Positions 9,715 to 19,325 of a DNA stretch of 57,878 bases are shown in pieces (position 1 is the first letter of the stretch; every line of letters starts with the position of its first letter). The stretch lies in contig SICP01000006.1 of the NCBI GenBank assembly GCA_009691415.1, positions 1-57,878 of the forward strand, given 5' to 3'. The translations under genes were made by a program, and so were the position numbers. This DNA comes from Candidatus Margulisiibacteriota bacterium (lineage in GTDB: Bacteria; Margulisbacteria; Marinamargulisbacteria; SXXA01; SICP01). The notes below the pieces were generated by a model. It was given only the letters and a program-made list of their open reading frames with translations. It did no database searches and was not told where the DNA came from.

Positions 9715-10944
9715 ATGAAAAGTTTTTTTTCTAATAAACACCTGCTCATGATCATGGGCATCATCGGATTTTTGGCTATAGCAAGCATCCCCTTTATTCC
9801 ACTCAAAACTGAGGCAAAAAGTTCGGACCTTCTAGAAACAGTCAAAGGCTATGTCAAATCAGACTTTGTTAAAAAAGATGTCACCGATAAGCAATTAGAA
9901 TATGGTGCAATCAAAGGTCTATTGGCCTCTCTTAATGACCCCTATACCCGCTTTATTGACCCCAAAGGCTTCGAGCAAATGCAAGACCGACTAAAGGGAG
10001 AATTCTTCGGCATTGGCATACAAATTGGCATGCATAAAAATCACCTGGCTGTTATTGCACCCATTCCCGGAACCCCCGCTGAAAAAGCAGGTCTCAAAAG
10101 TCTCGATCTCATCGTATCGGTAGACGGAAAAGCAACCGATGGCATGGGGCTTGAAGAAACTGTAAGTTTAATTCGGGGCGCAAAAGGCACACCGGTAGTA
10201 TTAGAAATTAAACGCGCCGATCAGAAAAAAATATTCAAAGTCACCATTCTGAGGGACACCATTCGGACAACGGCTGTCGATAAACAAGAAGTCTTTCAAC
10301 GTAAAGAAGGCCGAGTGGGATATATTCGACTCACTACCTTTGAAAACCAATACGCGACGCGTGAAATGCAAGTGGCCATTCAAAACTTACACAAAAAAAA
10401 CATAGACGCACTTATTGTAGATTTGCGTAACAATGGCGGAGGTCTCCTCAAAAACGCAATTGGTATTGGCGGTTTATTTATGGAGAATGTCGTAATTGTT
10501 CACACGGTAGATCGGGATAAACATCGTCAAACACAGTCCGTTTCAGGGACGCCCCAATATGCTACTGGCCCACTCATTATGCTAGTCAACGAAGGATCTG
10601 CATCCGCATCCGAAATTTTAGCCGGAGCAGTTAAAGATAACCATCGTGGCATCATTGTCGGTAAACACACTTTTGGCAAAGCATCAGTACAAAAAATTAT
10701 TGATTTAGAAGACCACTCTGCGGTTTTACTCACCATACAAAAATATCTTACCCCTAACGGAATCGATATTACCGAAAAAGGGATTACCGTAGATGTACAA
10801 GCGGATATTCCCACGGCAACAATCAAAGCAGCAGAAAAACCAAACTACACGTATTCCTATGACAAAGACCCCCAATTACAAAAAGCAATCGCCGTAGCCC
10901 TACAAAAAATTAAAGAAACCAAAACCCATCTCGTTAAAAAATAA
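9715..10944 (+). CDS. S41 C-terminal processing protease (CtpA family)
   Basis: L.DPYTRF, GIGI PDZ, DLRNNGGGLL, SASASEILAGA, TFGKASVQ. Confidence 0.93.
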   Translation: MKSFFSNKHLLMIMGIIGFLAIASIPFIPLKTEAKSSDLLETVKGYVKSDFVKKDVTDKQLEYGAIKGLLASLNDPYTRFIDPKGFEQMQDRLKGEFFGIGIQIGMHKNHLAVIAPIPGTPAEKAGLKSLDLIVSVDGKATDGMGLEETVSLIRGAKGTPVVLEIKRADQKKIFKVTILRDTIRTTAVDKQEVFQRKEGRVGYIRLTTFENQYATREMQVAIQNLHKKNIDALIVDLRNNGGGLLKNAIGIGGLFMENVVIVHTVDRDKHRQTQSVSGTPQYATGPLIMLVNEGSASASEILAGAVKDNHRGIIVGKHTFGKASVQKIIDLEDHSAVLLTIQKYLTPNGIDITEKGITVDVQADIPTATIKAAEKPNYTYSYDKDPQLQKAIAVALQKIKETKTHLVKK

Positions 10945-10955
10945 GTAAAGCATCA

Positions 10956-11978
10956 ATGAAATTTGGACTCCTCTCAGCAGATTATCAGCACACCTCCCTG
11001 GCGAACTTAGAAAAAATATATCTAAGCAAGGACCATATCGCGCATCTTTTAGAGACGCTAAAGCCTAGCGAAAGCATTAAAGAAATCGTCATGCTTTCTA
11101 CGTGTAATCGGGTTGAAATTTACTTTGTTTCCAATACGCTTGAAGAAGCTGCTCGTGAAATAAAAATCGCGATATCCAATTTCCGCGGACTCGATCCAAA
11201 AGAATTAGAAACAATCTTCTCAGAACACAATGACCCGCATGATGTTTTAAACCATTTATTTGATGTCGTCTCTGGCTTAAAATCCATGGTATTTGGAGAA
11301 ACCGAAATTTTAGGGCAAGTAAAAGCCGCCTATGACATCAGTCATCAACATGGATTTACGGGGGCAACGTTTAACAAACTTTTTCAAACCGCTATTGCAA
11401 CAGGAAAACGTGTCCGTCACGAAACCGATATTTCCAAAGGTGCATATTCGATAAGCTCCATTGCAATCGAAGGAATAAAAAGTCATATAAAAGACTTTAA
11501 AGACAAACACATTCTTATTGTGGGCGCAGGCACCATGGCATTACGGGCTATTAAAAAATTAGCTGCACTAGGGCATACAAAATTATCTATTTCGAATAGA
11601 GGTGAAGACAAACTCAATCGTATTTCCAAAAAATATGGCATCCATATTATTCCCTATGAACAATGGGTGTCTCAACTTAATACCGTTGACATTGTGATCA
11701 TGGCAACTGGAAGTGAACAGTATCTTCTCGACAAAACAGCCAAAACCCCAGAGATGGTCGTAGATTTAGGCGTGCCCCGAAACGTCAATCCCAACGTTTC
11801 AGAAAATACGGGCACCCAATTATTATCACTGTACAATCTCCAAGAAATTGCAGATAAAACCATTCACAAAAGAAAAAAAGCGCTTGATAAAATTGCAATT
11901 ATTTTAGACGAAGAAAAAGCCAAACTTTGCAAATGGCACGAGTACAAAGAAAACGCATGTCAAAAACAATCCGCCTAG
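10956..11978 (+). CDS. hemA: Glutamyl-tRNA reductase
   Basis: LSTCNRVEIY, HLF.V.SGL.SMV.GETEILGQVK, GAG.M, DLGVPRN. Confidence 0.95.
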   Translation: MKFGLLSADYQHTSLANLEKIYLSKDHIAHLLETLKPSESIKEIVMLSTCNRVEIYFVSNTLEEAAREIKIAISNFRGLDPKELETIFSEHNDPHDVLNHLFDVVSGLKSMVFGETEILGQVKAAYDISHQHGFTGATFNKLFQTAIATGKRVRHETDISKGAYSISSIAIEGIKSHIKDFKDKHILIVGAGTMALRAIKKLAALGHTKLSISNRGEDKLNRISKKYGIHIIPYEQWVSQLNTVDIVIMATGSEQYLLDKTAKTPEMVVDLGVPRNVNPNVSENTGTQLLSLYNLQEIADKTIHKRKKALDKIAIILDEEKAKLCKWHEYKENACQKQSA

Positions 11979-12844
11979 GCACCCGCGGATCTGCACTCGC
12001 ACTTGCCCAAGCGCATACCGTTAAAGCTGCCCTAGAAAAACAAGACACAGAAATACGCATTGAAATTTGTCCCATCAAAACAGAAGGGGATCAAGATAAA
12101 AAAAGCACTCTCTCAGAAATAGGGGGCAAAGGGGTTTTTATCAAAGCGATCGAACGTGCCCTCAGTAAAGGAGAGGTCGATATCGCCGTCCATTCTCTAA
12201 AAGATGTTACGACGCATCTAGAATCAACACTTTGCTTAGCTGGATTTCTAAAGGCAGAAAGCAACGCCGATGCCATCGTAGGGGGCACTCTAAAATCTCT
12301 CCCAAAAAATGCCACAGTAGCCACAAGTAGTCTCAGACGCCGTGCACTTCTCAAATTACAGCGACCAGATCTAAACTTTGTAGATATTCGAGGAAACGTC
12401 GAAACTAGAATTAACAAAATAAAGCCAGGTAGTATTGACGCCGTCATCTTATCCGAAGCTGGTCTCATCCGATTAAATCTCACTCATCACATCCAAGAAA
12501 GACTCTCTCCCAAAACGTTTTACCCCGCGCCAGGACAAGGTGTCATCACCCTAGAAACCAGAAAAAACGACACGATAAATCTCAAGCGCTGCCAGACTAT
12601 TTCAGATCCAGCACAAACGTTTATTGCAGAAACCGAATTTGCACTTTTACAAGCGCTAGGCTTTGATTGTCGCATTCCCCTTGGCGTTTATTCTACCCAA
12701 AATCAGATGACAATTTTTATCTCGGATCATACGTTAACAAAACATATCACACACACCATAGACATCTCTCCAGAAACCAGATGGCAATCACTCGAAAAGG
12801 CAGTTCAAGTATGCAAAAAATTCCTAGCGGATACGTCACACTAG
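11957..12844 (+). CDS. hemC: Hydroxymethylbilane synthase (porphobilinogen deaminase)
   Basis: IRLGTRGS.LALAQ, GGKGVF.K..E, AVHSLKD, TSSLRR, IRGNV.TR, PAPGQG, C..PLG; start moved to MSKTIRL. Confidence 0.95.
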   Translation: MSKTIRLGTRGSALALAQAHTVKAALEKQDTEIRIEICPIKTEGDQDKKSTLSEIGGKGVFIKAIERALSKGEVDIAVHSLKDVTTHLESTLCLAGFLKAESNADAIVGGTLKSLPKNATVATSSLRRRALLKLQRPDLNFVDIRGNVETRINKIKPGSIDAVILSEAGLIRLNLTHHIQERLSPKTFYPAPGQGVITLETRKNDTINLKRCQTISDPAQTFIAETEFALLQALGFDCRIPLGVYSTQNQMTIFISDHTLTKHITHTIDISPETRWQSLEKAVQVCKKFLADTSH

Positions 12845-14292
12845 CGGGTGCGGGTCCAGGGGATCCTGATCTCATCACCCTAAAGGCCAAGCGTGCCATT
12901 CAAAAAGCCGACGTCATTTTATACGACTACCTCGTCCATCCCAATCTCCTAAATGACGCCAAGCCAGACGCCCTCGTCATTTGCGTCGGAAAACGAAAAG
13001 GCTACCACAGCAAAAAACAAGACGAAATCAACCAACTCATGAAAGAGTATGCAGAGGCCGGAAATAACGTTCTCAGACTTAAAGGCGGTGATCCCTGTCT
13101 CTTTGGTCGTAGTGGCGAAGAAATGTCATTTCTCAAAGCGCACAACATCCCATACCGACTCATACCAGGCGTGACCTCAGCTCTCGCAGTTCCCGCCTAC
13201 GCAGGCATCCCTGTCACCCACCGCGACTACGCCAAATCTGTCGCCATTATTACCGCCAGTTCCAAAGAAGGTGAAACCCTCAACGACATTCATATTCCTG
13301 ACGCAGAAACACTCGTCTTTCTCATGCCCATGACGCCACTTGCGGATCTCTGTAAGCGTCTCAGTACGCACGCCAAATTTACAGAAAATACACCAGCCGC
13401 ACTTCTTTACAGGGGCACCACTGCCGATCAAAAAACACTCATTGGCACACTCAAAAATCTCCCGGAATTACGTGATCAAAATGCCATCACTCCTCCCGCT
13501 ATTTTAGTCGTCGGTCCCGTCGCGAAACTCGCCCAAGAATTAAATTGGAGAGACAGGCTTGCCCTCTTCGGCCAACGCATCATTCTTTTGCGAACCCAAG
13601 AACAATCCGAAAAAACCATAGAAATGGGAACCGATCTTGGTGCAGAAATCATCGCAATACCCCTTCTAAAAATCCAACCCAATACCCAAGAGAACAACGC
13701 GTTCCCACTATCCAAACTTCAAGCTGCAGATACCCTCATTTTTACAAGTGCAAACGGCGTTGTCGAATTTAAAAAATGGCTTTTCAAGCATCGCCAAGAC
13801 ACTCGTATTACAACAAAGAAAATCATCATAGCCATTGGCCCAAAAACAGAAGAAGCTCTAGCGGACATAGGTCTAATCGCTGACAAAACGCCAAACAAAA
13901 CCAAAACATCGGACGATATCCTAGATCTTTTTGATATCGATCTACATAAAAAAAACATTCTATTACTCACGGCCTCTGGATCGCGAGATGTCTTAGAAAC
14001 CGAACTCCAAAACCGTGGGGCCACCGTAACAAGATTCGAACTTTACACAACTATTCCCACAACACTTCCACAATCTATAGACATCAGAGACGGCGACTGG
14101 GTTTTCTTTACCAGCGCCTCCACCGTCACACATTTTTTCGCCTCCAATCTCTATCAAAATCAAAAAATAAAACCTGTCTGTATCGGCATTATTACCCAAA
14201 CGGCGCTGCAAGAAAAGTTTGCAGGAAAAGTATATCTTTCCGCAGAAACAACGCTAGAAAGTATGTTTGATGCGGTTAGAAAGAGCACTTAA
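12811..14292 (+). CDS. cobA: Uroporphyrinogen-III C-methyltransferase / uroporphyrinogen-III synthase fusion (CobA-HemD)
   Basis: V.LAGAGPGDPDLITLKA, RLKGGDP.LFGR.GEE, PGVTSA.A.PAYAGIPVTHR; C-terminal FTSANGV, AIGPKT, FTSAS; start at MQKIPSG. Confidence 0.92.
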   Translation: MQKIPSGYVTLAGAGPGDPDLITLKAKRAIQKADVILYDYLVHPNLLNDAKPDALVICVGKRKGYHSKKQDEINQLMKEYAEAGNNVLRLKGGDPCLFGRSGEEMSFLKAHNIPYRLIPGVTSALAVPAYAGIPVTHRDYAKSVAIITASSKEGETLNDIHIPDAETLVFLMPMTPLADLCKRLSTHAKFTENTPAALLYRGTTADQKTLIGTLKNLPELRDQNAITPPAILVVGPVAKLAQELNWRDRLALFGQRIILLRTQEQSEKTIEMGTDLGAEIIAIPLLKIQPNTQENNAFPLSKLQAADTLIFTSANGVVEFKKWLFKHRQDTRITTKKIIIAIGPKTEEALADIGLIADKTPNKTKTSDDILDLFDIDLHKKNILLLTASGSRDVLETELQNRGATVTRFELYTTIPTTLPQSIDIRDGDWVFFTSASTVTHFFASNLYQNQKIKPVCIGIITQTALQEKFAGKVYLSAETTLESMFDAVRKST

Positions 14293-14297
14293 AAAAA

Positions 14298-14582
14298 ATG
14301 AACTCTCAAACACAACGCATTATCTACTGGTTAAACCACCAAGACTATTCACAACAACACTGGGCAACAGTTGCCGCAGAATGTCTAGAAAAATCCTGCC
14401 AAAATACCGAACAAGCGACGGTATTGTTATCCGAAAGCCTCCATCAATTTCACGAAAAATTCCGAGACGCAGTTGTCAAACCAGGCAATGCATTGCATGA
14501 TTTTATTTCTATGGGCTTGGATGAAGTGGATTGGGAAGAGGTCGCGAAAAAAGTATTAGACAACGCTCACCTCAGCGGGTGA
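14298..14582 (+). CDS. Hypothetical protein (94 aa)
   Basis: ORF 5 nt after cobA; helical, ends ...LDEVDWEEVAKK. Confidence 0.55.
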   Translation: MNSQTQRIIYWLNHQDYSQQHWATVAAECLEKSCQNTEQATVLLSESLHQFHEKFRDAVVKPGNALHDFISMGLDEVDWEEVAKKVLDNAHLSG

Positions 14583-14739
14583 TAGTTTAAATCTTCTTTT
14601 TTGCCACTTTAAATCTTAAGATCTTTACAGGTACTTCCTGAAACTTGTCCTTACCCTTTGATGTTTTTTCTTTAGAGAAGCCCCCCAACCCCCTAAAGGG
14701 GGCGCATGAATTCTGATGTGAATTAGTCGCCCCCTTTAG

Positions 14740-15001
14740 GGTAGGCCTGTCCGGTCTTCAAAGAAAAATCTCTGTAGAGATTAAGCATAAAACTCAAGCC
14801 ATTCGATTTATAGACACCCAATCTTTTGGGCTGTACGTAATACTCACCCTCCAAACCTCCCTCTCTGTAAACAAAGAGGGAGGCTTTTGTACTTCTAAGC
14901 TACTTTTTTATCCATGGGAACTTGATAATAGCGTATATATTCTCCCCTTCTTTCGGAGAGAGAAGGGGATGAGTATTAAAAAAAGACCGGACAGACCTGC
15001 C
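14740..15001. mobile_element. Non-autonomous MITE, 262 bp, 19-bp TIRs, 5-bp TSD TTTAG
   Basis: Left TIR GGTAGGCCTGTCCGGTCTT (14740-14758); right TIR AAGACCGGACAGACCTGCC (14983-15001), 17/19 match; TTTAG at 14735-14739 and 15002-15006. Confidence 0.85.
14841..14975. repeat. CCCTCT..AGAGGG-type REP-like hairpin pair inside the MITE
   Basis: TACTCACCC..CCTCCCTCT-loop-AGAGGGAGG and CCCCTTCT-loop-AGAAGGGG-ATGAGTA; outer ends TACTCA/TGAGTA are inverted. Confidence 0.65.
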
Positions 15002-15061
15002 TTTAGGGGGTTGGGTGTCTTTCTTTACGGGGCTACCTTTTTGGCTGCCATAATCAGTCTT

Positions 15062-15712
15062 ATGGCAAAAAAACAAAATATTGTTTTAGGATTATTGATA
15101 ATTTTATCTATTCCTTTTATTTTGCTATATCAATTGTTTGGTGCAATTGGACTAATCATATTTACTATTCTAGCAATAGGCATGGGGATGATTTTTATAA
15201 GCTCATCGAATAAAAAAGAAGTTGAAGCCCTCAATACTTTAGTTCGAGAATATGCAAAAACGAAACAAGACCATAAACAGGTTGCTAAAGTAATTTCTCA
15301 ATTATATAAAAGAAATTTTCAGCATGGGCAGCTTGTGAGATCTGCTCAGATCATAGGTGAATCTATCGACATTGCGCTGACTAGCAAAAAAAAAGAAATA
15401 GCTGAATCAAGAATGAATCTTGCTCAAGAAAATTTTTTAGAAATAATTAATAGCCAAATGCAAGTTCTGACAGATGAAACTATTTCTTTTCTTAAAAATC
15501 TGCTCGAATCTTCTTTAAAAACTTTCCATACCGAAGTTTATATCAATCTTGCGAAAGGAAGCCTAGAAAAGTTAAGAACTCTCAAAACAGATCAATCTAA
15601 ATTCAAATATATCAATCTTGCAAAAGAAGCAATTGAGGAAGGTTTAAGAGATGAAAAAAGCAACAAAGTATTTTTAGAGAAATATTTAAAAGTAATTGAA
15701 GCCTCTCTTTAA
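15062..15712 (+). CDS. Hypothetical membrane protein (very AT-rich, accessory)
   Basis: Two N-terminal TM segments then a helical domain; the ORF-track extension upstream runs through the MITE/REP, so start set at ATG 15062. Confidence 0.65.
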   Translation: MAKKQNIVLGLLIILSIPFILLYQLFGAIGLIIFTILAIGMGMIFISSSNKKEVEALNTLVREYAKTKQDHKQVAKVISQLYKRNFQHGQLVRSAQIIGESIDIALTSKKKEIAESRMNLAQENFLEIINSQMQVLTDETISFLKNLLESSLKTFHTEVYINLAKGSLEKLRTLKTDQSKFKYINLAKEAIEEGLRDEKSNKVFLEKYLKVIEASL

Positions 15713-15739
15713 AAAGCTCATTCTTATTTTCTGGGATGC

Positions 15740-17065
15740 CTACCGCGTCTCATCCAACCCAACCACAATTTCCTGCTCTCTCAAAATCTCCAAGAAATTC
15801 GGAAACGAGGTATTAATACACTCGCAATCCAAAATAGTCGCATCCACTTTCCCAGCTAATGCCGCAATAATCCCAGACATCGCTAACCGGTGATCCCCTT
15901 TACTATGAAGCGAAAAATCCAACGGCCGTCTCACCCCAGTCAAATCAAACCCATCTTCCAATTCAACAATATTTCCCCCAATCGACATGGCCAAATCGAT
16001 AATGCCATGAATCCGATCGGACTCTTTTACTCTCAGTTCTTTCGCCCCTCTCACAACCAAAGTCCCAGTCGCAAAAAGTCCGGCTACAGCAAGAATTGGA
16101 ATTTCATCAATAATAAAAGGAATAACATTTTCAGGGACAGTGATGTTGTGAAGCCTTGAGGTTTTGATGCGAATATCACCATAAGGTTCGAGCGTATTGT
16201 TTTTTGTGGGGGTAACCGTGATGTTTCCGCCCATTTCTTTAAGAATATCGATGAGTGTCGCGCGGGTTGGATTAAGTCCAATGCCCGTAAGTGTAAGATC
16301 TGTATTAGGAACCAAAAGTGCCAGAACAATAAAAAAAGCGGCGGATGAAAAATCGGACGGAATCCAAAGTGGCTCCGTGGAAGGAGGGGTTAGTTTTTGT
16401 GGAGGTTGCATCGTCGTCCCATCTATAGAAACGCCATACGCTTTCATCATGCGTTCGGTGTGATCACGGGACTGGCTGGGTTCTGTGACGGTGACCGGGC
16501 CATTGGCGTAGAGGCCGGCCAAGAGAACAGCAGATTTCACTTGGGCACTGGCTACGGGAGAGTGGTAGTGGATAGCATCTAGCGGTGTTTTCCCTTGGAT
16601 TTTTAGAGGAGGATAGGTGTCTGTTGTGCCAGAGCCCGTAAGTGTTGCACCCATTTGCGAGAGCGGATCAACGATGCGCTTCATCGGGCGTTTTTGTATG
16701 GAGTGGTCACCTGTAATTTCTGTTGCAAAAGACTGTCCCGCTAAGACACCTGAAATAAGCCGAATACCCGTGCCAGAATTGCCGACGTCTAGTGTTTCTG
16801 CCGGGCTTTTTAAGCCGTGGAGACCGACTCCATTTATAGTCATTTCTTGTGCATCTGGGTCAGTGTGTATCGTGACGCCTAATGCTTGAAAAATACGAAT
16901 CGTATTAACGCAATCTTCGGAAAACAAAACATTTTTAAACGTGCTACTACCATCTGCTAACGAACCAAAAATAACAGAACGATGAGAGATAGATTTATCG
17001 CCTGGTATGCTAGAAATCACAGGTTGTAAGTGAGCCGATTGTGCGGGAATATGAATGATGTTCAT
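15740..17065 (-). CDS. aroA: 3-phosphoshikimate 1-carboxyvinyltransferase (class II EPSPS)
   Basis: PGDKSISHR, GNSGT, RPM.R, SAQVKSAVLLA, SRDHTERM, NPTR, IDEIP, ELRVKESDR, DHRLAM. Confidence 0.97.
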   Translation of the reverse strand: MNIIHIPAQSAHLQPVISSIPGDKSISHRSVIFGSLADGSSTFKNVLFSEDCVNTIRIFQALGVTIHTDPDAQEMTINGVGLHGLKSPAETLDVGNSGTGIRLISGVLAGQSFATEITGDHSIQKRPMKRIVDPLSQMGATLTGSGTTDTYPPLKIQGKTPLDAIHYHSPVASAQVKSAVLLAGLYANGPVTVTEPSQSRDHTERMMKAYGVSIDGTTMQPPQKLTPPSTEPLWIPSDFSSAAFFIVLALLVPNTDLTLTGIGLNPTRATLIDILKEMGGNITVTPTKNNTLEPYGDIRIKTSRLHNITVPENVIPFIIDEIPILAVAGLFATGTLVVRGAKELRVKESDRIHGIIDLAMSIGGNIVELEDGFDLTGVRRPLDFSLHSKGDHRLAMSGIIAALAGKVDATILDCECINTSFPNFLEILREQEIVVGLDETR

Positions 17066-17168
17066 CGTAGGTTTATGGTAGCAGTTCTTTACTTTTTGTG
17101 ACAAGTTAGTCTATGATTGCACATCATTATTTTGCGTGATTTTCTCTTAAAAACAAAAAGGATTTTGT

Positions 17169-17624
17169 ATGGACTTAAAAGAAATTAAGCGTTTGGTTCA
17201 ACTTGTTGAAGAAGCCAATATTTCCCATTTATCGATTGATTCTGATGGCACTAAGATTGAAATTAAAAAAGAATTAGGGCATGCGCCATTTCCACATCAG
17301 TACCAAACGCATGCGATTCATCATGCACCTGTAGCACCTGCACTGGCACCGGTTGAAGCGGAGCCTGTGGATAGCAATGCACATCTTACGCCGATAAAAG
17401 CACAAATGGTAGGCACATTTTATGGCTCTCCAAGTCCTGATGCACCCCAATATGTAAAAGTGGGAGATCGGATTAAAGAAGGGCAGGTAATTTGTATTAT
17501 TGAGGCGATGAAACTCTTTAATGAAATTGAAGCCGATCAATCGGGTGTTGTTGAAAAAATATGTGTGAGTTCTGGGAATGCAGTTGAATTTGGCCAACCG
17601 ATGTTTTTGGTTCGCCCTGAGTAA
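17169..17624 (+). CDS. accB: Acetyl-CoA carboxylase biotin carboxyl carrier protein
   Basis: MDLKEIK, MVGTFY..PSP, IEAMKL.NEI biotinylation site. Confidence 0.96.
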   Translation: MDLKEIKRLVQLVEEANISHLSIDSDGTKIEIKKELGHAPFPHQYQTHAIHHAPVAPALAPVEAEPVDSNAHLTPIKAQMVGTFYGSPSPDAPQYVKVGDRIKEGQVICIIEAMKLFNEIEADQSGVVEKICVSSGNAVEFGQPMFLVRPE

Positions 17625-19325
17625 ATGGAACTTCGCCAAAAACGTTGGCATTTGTATCCGTCTCAATCTGCTTTATCTGAAAAAATAAGTCATCATTTAA
17701 CGCTTGATCCTGTGATTGCCCAATTGTTATTGAATCGGGGCATTCGGTCTTTGGATCAAGCGACCTCGTTTTTGCAGCCTGAAAGTTTAGGCAGTCCCAA
17801 CTTTCCTGAAGACGTATTAATTGCAGCCTCTAAATTGGTACAAGAGGCGATTGAAAACCAGATTTTAATTTTTGTCTATGGGGATTACGACGTAGATGGC
17901 ATGACATCGACTGCGATTATGACTTCGATGCTTCGAACATTGGGCGCACGTGTTCATTTTATGATTCCGAATCGGTTTTTAGATGGCTACGGCTTGTCCA
18001 AACGGGCGCTAGAAATGGTGCGTCAAGAAGGTGCCAAGTTACTCATCACATTGGATTGCGGCATTAGTAATGCAAAAGAAATAGACCTGTTAAAAGCCGA
18101 TACAGATTGCAAAGTGTTGATCCTAGATCACCATACCGTGCCAGATCGTCAGCCCAGTGCGGATGCTATTTTAAACCCTAAATTTCTTGCCGAAGACCAC
18201 GCCCTATCAGGACTTTGTACTGCCGGCATTGTGTATAAATTTTGGGAATTTTATTGCCAGTATTTTAAGTTGGATGTGACGCCAGATCGGCATTTGGATT
18301 TGGTGGCATTGGGAACAGTGGCTGATGTCGCGCCGTTAGTACAAGAAAACCGTCGACTCACTTTGCTTGGTTTAACAAGTTTGTCTGCACGAAAACGGGT
18401 GGGCATTAGGGTGTTACTAGAAGTGGCCAAATTTACACACAAGACTGTATCTCCTCGGGATATTGGTTTTACAATCGCACCTCGCCTAAACGCAGCCGGT
18501 CGCTTGGGTGACGCTAAGATTTGTGTGGAATTAATGATGACAGAAGACGAAACGGAAGCGCTTCGACTGGCCACTATGTTGCAACAATTAAACGAAGATC
18601 GCCGATTTTATTGCGACCAATTATTAACAGAAGCCCTACAACAAGCCGAGCAAATTCCGGGGCTTGCAGACCATCGCGTCATTGTTTTACATGCCGAAGG
18701 GTGGCATCCTGGAATTATTGGCATTATCGCGTCTCGCATTGTTGAAACCTATTCGCGTCCGGCTGTGATTATTTCGGTTGAAGACGGCCTTGCACGTGGG
18801 TCTGCAAGAAGTATTGGCGACGTGAATATTTATGAAATCTTGAAAGAATGCCAGCCATTTTTTTCATCCTTTGGTGGCCATAAAGCGGCGGCCGGATTTA
18901 GCCTCACCCCTGATAAAATAGAAGCCTTCAAAGCACATCTTATTTCGGTGGCTGCCGAGAAAGTCTCTCAAGCAGATTTAATGCCCGTTTTAGATTTGGA
19001 ATGTGAGCTAGATCCAAAACAGTTAACGCTTTCACTCGCAACATCATTACAAACTCTAGAGCCTTATGGCGCAGAAAACCCGGTACCTCTTTTTTATACC
19101 CAATCTCTAAAGGCCATTGATTTTAAGACAGTAGGTAACGGAAAACACTTGAAAGTAACATTCACGGACGAAGCTAGATCCGTAGTAATAGATGCCATTG
19201 GTTTTGGGCTTCATGATAAGTTGCAATTGTTATATAACCCGCAAGTAGAGCTGGCTTTTTCGCTCGAAATTAATACGTGGCTTGGTCGGGAAAGCCCACA
19301 ACTTGTGTTGGTGGATATTAAATGA
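17625..19325 (+). CDS. recJ: ssDNA exonuclease RecJ
   Basis: GDYDVDG, P.RF..GYGL, DCG, DHH, LGTVADV, PRLNAAGRL, RGSARS, GGH..AAG. Confidence 0.97.
   Translation: MELRQKRWHLYPSQSALSEKISHHLTLDPVIAQLLLNRGIRSLDQATSFLQPESLGSPNFPEDVLIAASKLVQEAIENQILIFVYGDYDVDGMTSTAIMTSMLRTLGARVHFMIPNRFLDGYGLSKRALEMVRQEGAKLLITLDCGISNAKEIDLLKADTDCKVLILDHHTVPDRQPSADAILNPKFLAEDHALSGLCTAGIVYKFWEFYCQYFKLDVTPDRHLDLVALGTVADVAPLVQENRRLTLLGLTSLSARKRVGIRVLLEVAKFTHKTVSPRDIGFTIAPRLNAAGRLGDAKICVELMMTEDETEALRLATMLQQLNEDRRFYCDQLLTEALQQAEQIPGLADHRVIVLHAEGWHPGIIGIIASRIVETYSRPAVIISVEDGLARGSARSIGDVNIYEILKECQPFFSSFGGHKAAAGFSLTPDKIEAFKAHLISVAAEKVSQADLMPVLDLECELDPKQLTLSLATSLQTLEPYGAENPVPLFYTQSLKAIDFKTVGNGKHLKVTFTDEARSVVIDAIGFGLHDKLQLLYNPQVELAFSLEINTWLGRESPQLVLVDIK

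Larger units (their letters stand above)
14679..15015. repeat. REP-like palindrome pair (CCCCCCAACCCCCTAAAGGGGG / CCCCCTTTAGGGGGTTGGG), right arm split by a MITE
   Basis: Left arm 14681-14704; removing 14740-15006 restores a perfect 21-nt reverse complement. Confidence 0.85.

Noticed and set aside
14679-15015. CRISPR array
   Set aside because: The repeats are inverted and nested, not regularly spaced direct repeats, and there are no cas genes
14969-15061. N-terminal extension MSIKKRPDRPAFRGLG of the membrane protein
   Set aside because: It is read through the MITE TIR and REP arm; ATG 15062 with its own -10 box is more plausible
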